This document shows, piece by piece, positions 1 through 11,727 of a DNA stretch of 64,000 nt (position 1 is the first letter of the stretch; every line of letters starts with the position of its first letter). The position numbers and the translations under genes were made by a program. The notes beneath the pieces are model-generated. The model was given only the letters and a program-made list of their open reading frames with translations. It did not search any database and was not told the DNA's origin. Source of the stretch: Octopus sinensis (Eukaryota); NCBI RefSeq assembly GCF_006345805.1, contig NC_043013.1, positions 19,902,001 through 19,966,000 on the forward strand, given 5' to 3'.

Positions 1-2511
1 GGGACACAGAAAAAACAAGGAGAGAAAAAAATGTGTGTAGTGGCTACCGATCTATCATATATATATATATGCGTTTACACTTTTTGCCCATCACCCCGAA
101 GAAGTTAAAATAGATCCATGCTGGTCAATAAATTCCGACTGGTTATTGAAATTTTGAATTATTTTGTTTAATCTATGGCGTTTCAAAGAAACTATATTTG
201 TTTTTAACGGTTTGAGATTAAAGAAAGTCGCCAACGATACAAACGTGGTCACATATGTATATCTATATGTGTGTATGCACCCCTAAATAAATATATAAGG
301 AACTACGGAGAGGTACTCTATATAAACTAGGACTCCGTGAGTTGGGGTTTACCACGTATCAATAGCTACAAAGTTGATTTCATAAAGTGAACAGGGTGGG
401 GTGGTATGGAAACCCAATGCTTGCCGATAGAACTAGAGCCCCTTGTCCCCAATATACCACTATTGTTCAACGTTTACCACCAGAACGGAAAGTGTTGAAA
501 ACACTATCGTAAGGTATTTTGTCCAGCTCTCACAATTCCTAGAAATTACAGTCCCGGTTTACATCTTTATTTCATCAACCCCAGAAAAAAGAAATATAAA
601 TTTGCTCTACCCTGGAAGGATTGAAGACAAATTGCCTTTCAGTAGCTTCTGAAATCAGCGCTATTTAATACTCCATTATATCCATGTTGCTAATCTAGCT
701 TCAGATAACTCTTAGTGGTACCAGTTCTATACAACGTATAATACTGGCTCTTATTTCTTATATCTATCCCGAAAGATTTTAAACAAAGTGAGTTTCGTGC
801 AATAACACATAATATTCGTGTATGTAAAATAGAATGAGTAAACTTATACACGCAGTCCAACCTGCAACAAATGGCGAACAAATCTAATTTGATCACACAA
901 TATAATCATAAAATGAGGGAAATATTATTAAAACAGTTTTAGATACAGCCTTGCAGACCAAAACGCAGAATGGTCATGTTTGGAACGTCTTTCTTTAGAT
1001 CTCTGGTGGATTAGACCTAATGTGAGTCTAAGCAGCAAAAAGAACAATCACACTAACATCACCACTAATAATAACTCTGCAACAGCCATTTAAATTGAAC
1101 TTTTGTGGTACAATAAGTAACAACCAGATCTCGTTGAAATCCTTCCTTACATTTTTTACGAAAGGAAGGACACATTAGTTAACATAGTTTAAGAAATACT
1201 ATGTCTGATAAAAGATAGAATGGTCTTTTAGTGGGAAAGCATACTTGCTGAGTTAATCAGATGATGAACAACAATTTTTTACTGTTCGATTAGCTAATTA
1301 TAGACCGATCAAAATTACTCCGTAATTTTAAAGTATTTAAGCTATCACCACACTCAACTGAAATATAATTCCAAATCAAAAATGTTCGATTTAATTAAAT
1401 TTCAATATCCACTTGTTTAATTCAGTTTATTTCATTAACTAAATAAAGATTAATTGCGATTCTCTAGCGTCAATAACTTGCTGGTGTATCAAACGATTGT
1501 TTGCGAGGGAGTTTTCCATCGTCCTTGGAAGGCTTATGTGAAATAAGAAAAAAATAAACATAAAAAAAATAGATGTAAAAAGTAACCATATTTCCTCAAC
1601 AAAAACAAGAGAAAGTTGCGATGATAACAGCAGCATCATGAACAATAAAAATATAAAAGAGAAAATTGAATAACTAAACACTGTCTTATGCTTTGAGTCA
1701 CGTAGAAAATAATGGAACACCGTTTACAATTATCGGAGATAGAAAAATAGAGTAACATGCAACGATTATTGGGAATATGGAGGTTCATTTTTATTTGTTT
1801 TACTTTCGCTTTCGTTTTGATATTCGTGATCTATGGAAGCTTTGTTAAGGCAAGTAACAGCGTATTTGGCAACAAAAGCGCTCAGGAGGATAGCGAACGA
1901 AACAGCGAACCATTGTGATTAGACGGTGGACCTACTATCAGCTGTTAAATAAACAGATAGGATGAAGCTATTCAATTAGTCATGCGTTCTTCATGGGCAA
2001 GACAAAGGCAAAATAGTCTTAGTAAGTGAAGAAGACAGGAGATAAAGAGGGCGGGGTTCGATCGGGTGAAACAGTGTTGGGTTTTCGCCAATATCTTCTT
2101 TACTGTCAAATCGGTGTAGATAATTATGGCTTTAGAGGGACAGAGAGAGAGAAGGGTCCCAGAACTAGGGATAAAGAGAGAAGGGAAGGCATATTGAAAG
2201 AGGTGGCGAACATTATTGATTATCGATCACGTATATGTCTAGATTTTATTTATTGGAAGTGGAAAGATATATAACACAAATCTTGAAGTGTGTGTTTAAA
2301 TCAGACATGATGTACCGGGAAATTTATGATAAATCATCGAGCTAAATTATATACAGCTTCAGCCATCTTTGCTACTGTGTATATATACATAGGAATATAT
2401 TGTGATTTACACAGAGGCGTGTGTCAATGAATATAGAATACAATATAATATAATACCATACACACACACATACACACGCGCACACGCACACACATATATA
2501 TATATGTATAC

Positions 2512-2566
<55 letters not shown>

Positions 2567-2569
<3 letters not shown>

Positions 2570-2873
2570 GTCACTAAAGTGACTAAAGGTGCTAGTTAGT
2601 ACCAGAATTGCTAGAAATAGGAATCAAAATAACTCATAGCCGGGAGAAAGCATTTATCTTATGACTGACAAGGGATGCAAACTCCCTAAAGCATCCGACA
2701 CATATCCAGATCCCCAGCGATTTCACATTTGATTAATGCTCCAAGTGACTCTCACCCAGTAACCTCCCTTGTCAATCATAAGGAAAGTGCTTTCTCGTGC
2801 CTAAGAGTTGTTTTGAATCATATTTCTAGCAAGGCTGGTGCTAAGTAGTACCCTTAGTCACTTAAGTGACGTC
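2567..2873. mobile_element. Foldback/MITE-like element with ~108-bp imperfect terminal inverted repeats
   Basis: Left arm GACGTCACTAAAGTGACTAAAGGTGCTAG...TGACAAGGG matches the reverse complement of the right arm CCCTTGTCAATC...GTCACTTAAGTGACGTC at roughly 80% by eye. No coding capacity. Confidence 0.75.
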
Positions 2874-2941
2874 TATACGTCTCTCATTCGGTTGTAAATT
2901 GTGAATAAGCCTCCTTTATTATTTGTATGTGTATATATACA

Positions 2942-2986
<45 letters not shown>

Positions 2987-3019
2987 GGAGAATGCATGAA
3001 GAAATCTAAGAATTTTAAC

Positions 3020-3300
3020 CTTGGTTCTTGGATTGTGCGCACTCTCCAAGAAAATCACTCACCATCAGAACAACGAACAGCACTGGATGTCCTTGAACCA
3101 AACCAAAGAAATACAGCATTGACATAGCTGTACTCAGTGAAACTCGTCTTACAGGATCATAACTGTTAGAAGAAAATAAAGTTGGATACATACTTTTCTG
3201 GTGTGGAAGAAATAAGGGCAGGTCACGCCACTCTGGTGTTGGTTTTGTCATCAAGATCGAAATAGCTAGATTCCTTCTTTCTCTCCCCTGGCAATCCCTT
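3020..3300 (+). mobile_element. RTE-clade LINE fragment, N-terminus of the AP endonuclease (decayed)
   Basis: The plus strand reads approximately LGSWIVRTLQ...RTAL...KYSIDIAVLSETRLTG...GYILFWCG...HSGVGFVIK, with stops and frameshifts. This matches the WNVRTL / IDIAALSETR / GVGF motifs of RTE ORF2. Confidence 0.8.
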
Positions 3301-3339
3301 TTGTACTCTTTCGCCACAACTTTCTCTCACGCTTTCTTC

Positions 3340-3455
3340 TGTTGGCCTGCTCGCTTAGCCAGCGGGTTGGTGTCATTTGAAGGCTTAAACAATGCGAAGC
3401 GCATTGTGACCAGCGATGTTTAGCAACATCTGATAGCCTGGTCGGGCACGGTGAT
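3340..3455 (+). mobile_element. ~115-bp repeat, probably the 3' terminus of an RTE-like LINE (second copy at 11365-11489)
   Basis: Near-identical to 11365-11489. Encodes AHCDQRC and ends CTGGTCGGGCACGGTGAT followed by (AT)n, like the RTE 3' end at 62447-62640. Confidence 0.65.
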
Positions 3456-3466
3456 ATATATATATA

Positions 3467-3900
3467 CTCTTTTACTTGTTTCAGTTATTTGACAGCGGCC
3501 ATTCTGGAGTACCACCTTTAGTCGAACAAATCGACCCCGTGACCTATTCTTTGTAAGTCTAGTACCTATTCTATCGGTATCTTTTGCCGAACCGGTAAGT
3601 TACGGGGACGTAAATGCATCAACATCAGTTGTCAAGTGATACTGGGGGGGGAGAAACACATATACAAATACACACACACGCACACACACACATATACGAT
3701 GAGCTTCTTTCAGTTTCCGTTTGCCAAATTCAGTCACAAGGATTTGGTCGGCCCGAGACTATAGTGGTGATCTCTATTTTGATCGCTTCAAGACAGTTCG
3801 CTGAAAGGTCTTGTAAACTATCCTCACTTGCCCAAGATGTCACACAGTGAGACTGAAACCGGAACCATGTGGTTGGGAAACAATGTTCTTACCTCACATA
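3467..3900 (-). mobile_element. CORE-type tRNA-derived SINE (octopus OR2-like)
   Basis: The minus strand carries a tRNA-like head, a CORE-like TTGGGCAAGTG segment, an internal (CA)n and a tail ending ...GAAACAAGTAAAAGAG. Homologous to 58081-58510. An extra ~50 bp is inserted near 3770-3820. The family name is from recollection. Confidence 0.75.
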
Positions 3901-4167
3901 ATCGTATGTGTGTGTGTGTGTGCGTGTGTGTTTCAGTGGTAGACAAACTTGCCTAAAGTAAGAGCCATAATCGCTAAAGTTCCGTTGTAAACACAATTTA
4001 CATTGTGTTTTCATTTGTGTCTGTACTTGTGCTTCTGCCACACAACCCAGATCAATAAACTCAGTACCCTCACTTGCCAAATGAAATACTGGTGTTGATG
4101 TGACTGACTAAATAACTTGAAGGAGTTGGCCCCAGCATGGCTAAAATCAGTAAAATAATATGCTTTA

Positions 4168-5106
4168 CGAGGGGCGTTCAATAAGTAATGCCCCTGACCC
4201 ACTTCCCATAGCAGTAGAGCAACGAAACTTGGCACAGTTATTAGTCTTTTTCTACATAGGAACCACCCCGAGTTACACATTTCTCCCATCGTTTGATGCG
4301 GCTCTCGAGACCGTTTTTGTAGAAGAACCCAGCTTGGTCCTCCAACCTCAACGTGACTTCAGAAATCAAGGCTGCATCATCTGGGAAACGCTTTCCTTTC
4401 AAAAACAACTTCATGGATGGGAAGAGGTGAAAATCAGAGGGTGCAAGGTCAGGAAAGTAGGGGGGATGGGGAGGAGTTCATAGCCGCACGCCTTGAAAAA
4501 TTTTGACTCATCTTCTTGGCACATCTCCAAATTCACCCTCGAGCACTCGACGCGTTCTTGCTTCTGGAAAGGCGTGAGGGAATCCATCTGGCAGACACCT
4601 TTTGCATATGTAAATGGTCATGAATGATAGTTTCCACAGACCCGGTACTAATCTTGACCTCATGGGCTATTTGGCGAATAATTATGCGTCGATCTTCCAA
4701 AATGGCAGCCTCAACTTGACGGACAGATGCCTCATCAATGGCAGAAGGGGGCGACCAGATCTGGGAACTGTTTCCACAGAGTTCCGACCATGTTTGAATT
4801 CACGATGCCAGCGTTTTACAAGGTCATATGATGGGGCATCATCACCATAAGTTACTTTCATTTCATCAAAAGTCTCCCGTGTTGTGCATCCTTTCAAATA
4901 CAAAAACCGGATCACTGCTCGACACTCAACAGGCTCCATTTCACACTTGACTCGGTTTAAACACCTGTAAATCAGAAACCACAATTAATTCAGAGCTGTA
5001 ATTTGCCACTTAATTTATAGAGATATAAATGATTGCACATACAAAATTTCAGCTAGATCAAACAACTGCAAGTGGGTCAGAGGCATTACTTATTGAACGT
5101 CCCTCG
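4168..5106 (-). mobile_element. Mariner transposon, internally deleted (939 bp), TIRs and TA target duplication intact
   Basis: TA at 4166-4167 and 5107-5108. The ~37-bp TIR CGAGGGGCGTTCAATAAGTAATGCCCCTGACCCACTT has 2 mismatches. The minus strand encodes the N-terminal HTH (ECRAVIRFLYLKG...VKRWHREFKHGR...RSGRP), KVSARWIP, and the C-terminal YFPDLAPSDFHLF...RWEKCV...GSYVEKD*. Confidence 0.95.
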
Positions 5107-5499
5107 TAATTGTTACACACATATTTTGTATGTATGCAATAACATTTATTCATGAATGCAGCTTTTAAAAACTGTTAAACTGCATCAGTTTCATTTTGTA
5201 CGCCAAAAGTTTTAACGTATTCGATACGGTGATTAACTACAGAAAAGAAAAATGTGCGAATTTGCATTTGGATAACATAAAATTAGGCTTGTAAAACTAA
5301 AAGTAAAAAGAAAACGAATATTTTTAATGTTGTTTATTTATCTTAGTAAAATATCTGGTCAAAACATGGAAGAAAATATGTAAAAAAGCAAACCAATAAA
5401 CGTAAAGATATTTAAATCAGATACTACCTTACAATAAAGTTAGTTTTACAATATTTTTACAAAAGAAAATGCAACAAAATTCAGGCTATTAAAGCGGCT

Positions 5500-7260
5500 A
5501 TTTACTGCTAATAGATGTCTCGTTCGTTTCCATTTTGGCTGTTGAAAGTTGTTGAGTATCTGGTTGATATGTAGTCAAGGCTGTATGAATTAGCTCCATC
5601 TGATGATGTTTTGTGAGACTTAATGCTTCGATTTCACAAACCTCACTATCAAATACAGAGATTCACAGCAGTAGTGAAAATTCATATGGGTTGGACACAT
5701 GCTATTTTATTTCTGGATCTTGTGTCCAGAACTCGTTTGGAGACTGGGATTTATGGATCATCTTCAGATGCAGGTCCTCCTGTAATTTCGTTAGTTCCAT
5801 TTCCATAGTACATTAAACAAGAGATTTCAGAATTCGACAACCATCACTGACCTCATCCCATGATTGGATTTACGGAAGAGGTGAAGTAGAATTTCATCCT
5901 TTGGAAATCATAAAACCAATTTATGTTTGTATTCTTACAGTTTGTCGCTTTTTATTTCAGTATCAGAGAATGAATTTATTTTCTTTTTGAGATTGAAAAA
6001 TTGAATCAAATCTCAGTTTAAAAAGGTTTTTATTTTAATCCGAAAGCTGAAAACTGGGTAAGATCAGAAATAACCTTATTCTTTCCTTGGAGTTTACAGT
6101 TCATAGATGGTTCTTTATATCACTGAAGAATATCATCATTTTCCAGTTGAGGACAGGATCGTTTCTTTCCTTCGTGATATAATAGGATCCAACAAATCCA
6201 GAAACATTTGCCAGGCAGTGTTGTTTAAGCAGTGTTGTTAAGCCATCTCGCAATGCAACAGAAAGATACATCTCTCGGTTTTAGACTTTCAATTTCAAGC
6301 TCCAGTTCTTCAATTAAATTTCTGAACCGTCATGGTATTACCCATTTAAAAGTGTATAAAATACACAACTCAAAGGAGCGATTTCATAACATCTTCATGC
6401 CTGAAGTATCTAGCAGGTTGTTTACGATGAATGATATAATGAACTGGGAGAAATTGTAGAAAGTTGGGATCACCATTCAAAGGCCCTATTAAGCCTTCAT
6501 TTTCTCCTGTCATTGTAAGAGCTCCATCTGTTGCAAAACTGACAAAATTATTCAGCAGAACACCAACTTTTGTTAAGGCTCTGTCAAGTACCGTTTTTTA
6601 ATATCAACATAAAGAGTATTTAATTCCACCAAATCCATCATCTCTTCTTTCACAATTACCTCCGAAGAAACATAACGAATACATGTTGCCAGCTGTTAGC
6701 TGTCTTGTCAGTTAATTCATCATTCTTTAGAATGCAAGAAAACTTTTAAAATCATTTTGCATTTTGTTTGTAACATCGGCAATGATCTGAGAGATACGTT
6801 ACTTTGTAATGTGACGTAAAACTGGTGTTTTTTTTTTTGCTAGATGTCACTGTGTTATTCGGATTTAACACACCAGCAACATCTGCTAGATTTTGCTTAG
6901 CAATTTCGCCATCACAATGAAGGCGTTTATCACAAGTAATATTCTGTGATATAACAAAATTAGTTTCAGTCGTTGTTTCGGCTTCTTTGCTGAACATTGT
7001 CAACAGAGTCTGCCGAGTATGTCGTGAGGATTTTAATAGTTACATTGATTTTCTGTAAATCTGATTTAAGTTGATAACCAAGTGAGAAGCTTTGAGTATT
7101 TGTTCAGTTTCCTGGCTTTCTAATGACCAAGTAACTTATGAGAAATAAGACACAAATGTCTACCCACCTTAATAGTGAATACAAAATCTTTCTCCCAGTC
7201 TAGCTTAACATTTTTGTTTTCAACTTCATGTCTTCGCTTCTTACAATCTGATGATCTCAT
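5500..7260 (-). mobile_element. hAT transposase fossil, SPIN/Buster/GTF2IRD2-like, near full length but heavily decayed
   Basis: Ordered minus-strand motifs: KKRRHEVENK...WEKDF (7260-7150), DGEIAK..L (6900), IRYVSSEV.VKEEM (6680), FATDGA..MTGENEG (6530), PVHYIIH (6430), KLQGKNKVISD (6090), MELIHTALTTYQPD (5580). Many stops and frameshifts. Termini not identified. Confidence 0.85.
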
Positions 7261-7331
7261 CTTTCTTCAAAGTTATTCAACGACGCTTGTAAGACTAGCT
7301 TGTGTCTAAAGACAACCAACTCGGTATATAC

Positions 7332-7559
7332 GGCGAGCTGGCAGAAACGTTAGCGCGTCGGGCGAAATGCTTAGCGGTATTTCGTCTGCTGTTACGTTCT
7401 GAGTTCAAATTTCGCCGAGGTCGACTTTGTCTTTCATCCTTTCGGAGTCGATTAAATACGTACCAGTTACGCACTGGGGTCGATATAATGGACTTAATCC
7501 GTTTGTCTGTCCTTGTTTGTCCTCTTTGTGTTTAGCCCCTTGTGGTTGGTAAAGAAATA
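7332..7559 (+). mobile_element. tRNA-derived SINE (Meta-domain-like core, tail A), full length with 9-bp TSD
   Basis: Box A-like TGGCAGAAACGTTAG, box B-like GAGTTCAAATT, core GAGGTCGACTTTG(C)CTTTCATCCTTTCGG and tail TGTGTTTAGCCCCTTGTGG..GTAAAGAAATA. GGTATATAC is duplicated at 7323-7331 and 7560-7568. Confidence 0.9.
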
Positions 7560-8559
7560 GGTATATACACTTCTAGGAGTTCGGTTTGAGGCTAGTTTCT
7601 TAAAGCCGTCTGTAACCGGTCTCAACCCTACTTCTCACACACTCAAATATTTAACGATCTTACTTACTCATGAGCTCAGTTGTCTGACCTTCTTCTGTAA
7701 CCTTTGCCTTCTCGGCCTCCCATTATTCCTACCCGCCACACTAAACAATGGTCTAGCAGTATAGTTTAGAATTGTTTCTGCTGTTTATTGTTGTATTAGA
7801 GGGAGATGCTTCAGCATGAAGTAAAATAATAAAAACTTATTGTGTTCATAAATTATATCAATATTATTCTAAGCAGATAATGCGAAAATGGCCATTGTGA
7901 AAAGAGAAATGTGACAAGTAGTGAAAGATAAAGAAGAGACATCAGATGATTTTTTCCATTTGTTGTCACTTTGAAGTATTAAAATACACTATATCGTATT
8001 CTTAGAAAAGTGTATTGAAAAATAACATTCTACAAACTACCAACATATCCTTATCAATTTATAATGTAGCTAACTGGTTTCAATTTGAAGAGGAAACATG
8101 GTGGCAAAATCAAAGAATATGAGACTAAAACAGACAGAGGTGAAATTTAAAATATCATTGCAATTTCTTATTTAGGGTAATTTGGAATTAATATGGAACG
8201 CTTGTCTCTCTTCCTACAAAAGTCAGAAAAAGCTATTAACGCAATAGTATAAACTTCTGGTATGAATTTATACACAATAGATAATTATAAAGCTCGAGTG
8301 TTTCTTTACATCCGTTTCATATGCATTGTAATGAAAAAGTATAAGGAGATCGCCCAACCCATTTCATGAGCATATTAACGTTCATGAAGACGATTATTGA
8401 TAGCCGAAGAATCGCCTTTTTGGCCCCCACCCCCGATGCACACACAGACACACACACACTCATGTCTTGCCAGAATAATTATATGTAACTATTTGCAACC
8501 ATCTTTGAAATTTAGTGGGCAGTAATTAATGTCTGTATGCATACGAATGTGTATGTGTA

Positions 8560-8890
8560 TAAACTTATATATGTATTTGTGTATGTGAGAGATTGTGTGT
8601 TTATATGTATGTGTGCTTATATATATATATATATTTATTCATGTAACTAAAGATCTAGGCGTATATGTGCGTGTGTGTATATGTAAATGTGTGCATATGT
8701 GTGTGTATATGTGTGTATGTATATATATATATATGTGCGTGTATGTGTATATGTATGCATATATGTGTTTGTCTGTATGTGTGCGCGCGTACGCATATAT
8801 TTGTATGTTTGTATATGTGCGTGTGTATATGCGTGTGTGTTGCATGTGTGTGTGTGTGTGTGTGTGCGTGTGTGTGTTTATGCGTATAAC
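8560..8890. repeat. Compound (TA)n/(TG)n low-complexity tract
   Basis: Directly visible. It is the source of several spurious YI/CV-repeat ORFs. Confidence 0.9.
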
Positions 8891-9149
8891 TCCCTCTCTG
8901 TGCCACCATTTTTCTGTAATATTTGATTAGCTCTTTCTTCTTCCCCCCCGCCCAACGATCTATAATGCTCGTGATTACTAAGTAAATATAAACACTTCCT
9001 CCAAATATAGAATTTGTATTATTTAATTCTCTGTCTGAAGAATTTCTAACAGGAAATTCTTTACATGTCTGTCGAAGTCTGTAATTCCTATTAGAAAAAG
9101 ACATTTATGTAATGCTGAATGAATAATACCAGTAAATGTACAAAATCCT

Positions 9150-9300
<151 letters not shown>

Positions 9301-9414
9301 TAAGTAATTAAGATTCTAGTGAATTCTAAAGAATTCACATGAATATGGTCCTTAACTAGGATGCACCGGATATCTATATGGTGTTAGCCATACGACAAGT
9401 GGGGTGATTATAAA

Positions 9415-10549
9415 TAGGAAAAAAAGCAACAAGAATGGATTAAAATCTCGGTACGATCGTTTCGTACGAGGACATCTTTAATAAGCTACAAAAAATGCAG
9501 TGAATACAGATGGCTCGTACTCATCAGCCGAAAAAATATCAGAGAATTCCCAAACATCAAAAGGGGTAGATATAAAAGAGGTTGTAGGATTAACTGCATT
9601 GAAGAAAGTTCGATTCATGGAGATCTGATGAAAGGTTTTAAACCTATAGAATTTATGCATGTCTACATATAGCTCATATTGGATATTTGATCAAGTTGTA
9701 TGAAGAAATTTTCGGATACAGTCATGCAAAATTTCTGAAAATCCGAGTAAGAGGCAAAGTGACTGCCACACCATGTAGAGGAAAGTCTGAGTAAAAACAT
9801 AGTGACTGTCATGTCGTGTAGAAGAACAGATTGTTATTGAAATTAACAAGAATCGCAGATAAGTCTGACTTTTTTGGAGATCTGATGAAAAAGTCTTGAA
9901 CTTACAAAATTTGTGTATGTCCTTATAGTTCGTAATCCAGTTTTGTGGAGGGATTTAAGGTACAATCATGCGAAAATATCAGGGAGTCCGAATGAGAAGC
10001 AAAAATGACAGCCTTATATTGTAGTGGTTCAGGTAGTTAATGAAATATTCAAGAATCACAGAAAGAGGAGGAAGGGGGTAGGAATTTAATCAGTTACTGC
10101 TATTTAAGCTGTCAAAGAGAAAGGAAAGGGGAAGCTAAGGGGATGGGCACAATTTGATACTAACAAAAAAGTCTAAGTTTGTTTGGAACAAATTCGAACT
10201 GAGGTAAACAATTTATTTCTTTATTCATAAATGTTACTATTAATAGATTGTCAGGTTACAAAGAGGTCATTAGAAAGGAAAGAAAAATGGGGTTGTGTTT
10301 AAATGAAATTAAACTATTATATTATTATTATACTAAACTATAAAACATACATAATGTTATTAAATGAAAATATTAAATGAAATTAAACAATTATATTATT
10401 ATTATACTAAACTATAATACACTACACTATATTATATTATATTAATTTGAGCCATCTGTATTCACTGCATTTTTTGTAGCTTATTAAAGATGTCCTCGTA
10501 CGAAACGATCGTACCGAGATTTTAATCCATTCTTGTTGCTTTTTTTCCT

Positions 10550-10550
<1 letters not shown>
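9415..10550. mobile_element. Non-autonomous DNA transposon (~1.1 kb) with perfect 102-bp terminal inverted repeats
   Basis: 9415-9516 is the exact reverse complement of 10449-10550 (TAGGAAAAAAAGCAACAAG...CAGATGGCTC), with TA at both outer ends. No ORF inside. Confidence 0.85.
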
Positions 10551-10580
<30 letters not shown>

Positions 10581-10829
10581 CACGGTGAGCAAAATGAAGA
10601 GTATTAATAATAATTATAATAATGATAACACTATAAATGACAATCGTTTTGGTGCAAAATTTTTGCCCCACCCTGTTATATTTACGCACGCACACGCGCA
10701 CATACACACATACCCTTAACAGTGTACTGTTTACACTTGTTAACGGTCAGTTGTTTTCTGTTTTTGCCAACTAAACACTCGCAATTATATATTTGATCTC
10801 CATTTTAGTTTTTATTCGTATTATTTTTT

Positions 10830-11060
10830 TCTTAGTTTATACGTCTGCCAAAGTCCTTTCGTCGCACGTTCTGTAACCTCATCAGTGACTCTCTGTCCCA
10901 TGTCTTTCCTCTAATAGTGTTTATTCCATTTTGTGCTTCGGCACCTCATATTCTTCGGAATACTCTGCCATATTCTTCATAGAGCATCTAACATATAACA
11001 CAGACACATTCAGCTCAGTGCTTGATGTCTGAACGATGAAGCAGTCTCATCTCTCTCCGC
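10830..11060 (-). mobile_element. Possible very old RTE-like LINE C-terminal fragment
   Basis: Weak minus-strand resemblance (…IRGKTW…) to the RGRP.KTW region of RTE ORF2. Heavily degraded. Confidence 0.3.
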
Positions 11061-11316
11061 TAAGTCTCGGGTTTAATTAATCAAATACCCCAATCCATAT
11101 ATGGCTTTTACTATGTGGTTTGCATGTTAATTTCAGGTCATTCCCCTCAGTGTGTGACAAATTACAAATACACATGCGCACGCGCACTCGTATATATACA
11201 CAAATACACTATTTAATATATTGGAATATATATCTATACATATACATTCATATGCAAATATAAACATATATATGTATGTGTATACATATGTATGTCTGTA
11301 TCTATCTATATGTGTG

Positions 11317-11364
<48 letters not shown>

Positions 11365-11369
<5 letters not shown>

Positions 11370-11489
11370 GCCTGCTTGCTTAGCCAGCGAGGTGGCGTCA
11401 TTTGAAGGTTAAAACAATGCGAAGCGCATTGTGAACAGCGATGGGTAGCAACATCTGATAGCCTGGTCAGTCAAGGTGATCACGCTGAT
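11365..11489 (+). mobile_element. Second copy of the ~115-bp RTE-tail repeat
   Basis: Aligns with 3340-3455. Ends GGTGATCACGCTGAT and is flanked by (TA)n on both sides. Confidence 0.65.
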
Positions 11490-11689
11490 ATATATATATA
11501 TATACACATAGATTGATAGATTGATAGATAGAGAGGGAGATAGACAAAGAGAGAGAGGACACAATTGAGAATTGAGATGTGCCAACGCACGAAACTCTCG
11601 ACTCTTGAGTTACTCTGTTACTTTTGCTAAATATTTATAAATACACACACATACGCACACACACACACATACACAAGTATATTTGTATA

Positions 11690-11727
<38 letters not shown>

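Noticed and set aside
1830-2290. Purine-rich segment with ORF 2026-2274 that might be an old LINE piece
   Set aside because: I could not recover any diagnostic motif in any frame.
7332-7450. tRNA-like box A/box B motifs that might be called tRNA genes
   Set aside because: They are SINE heads. There is no cloverleaf or anticodon arm, and they are followed by the SINE core and tail.
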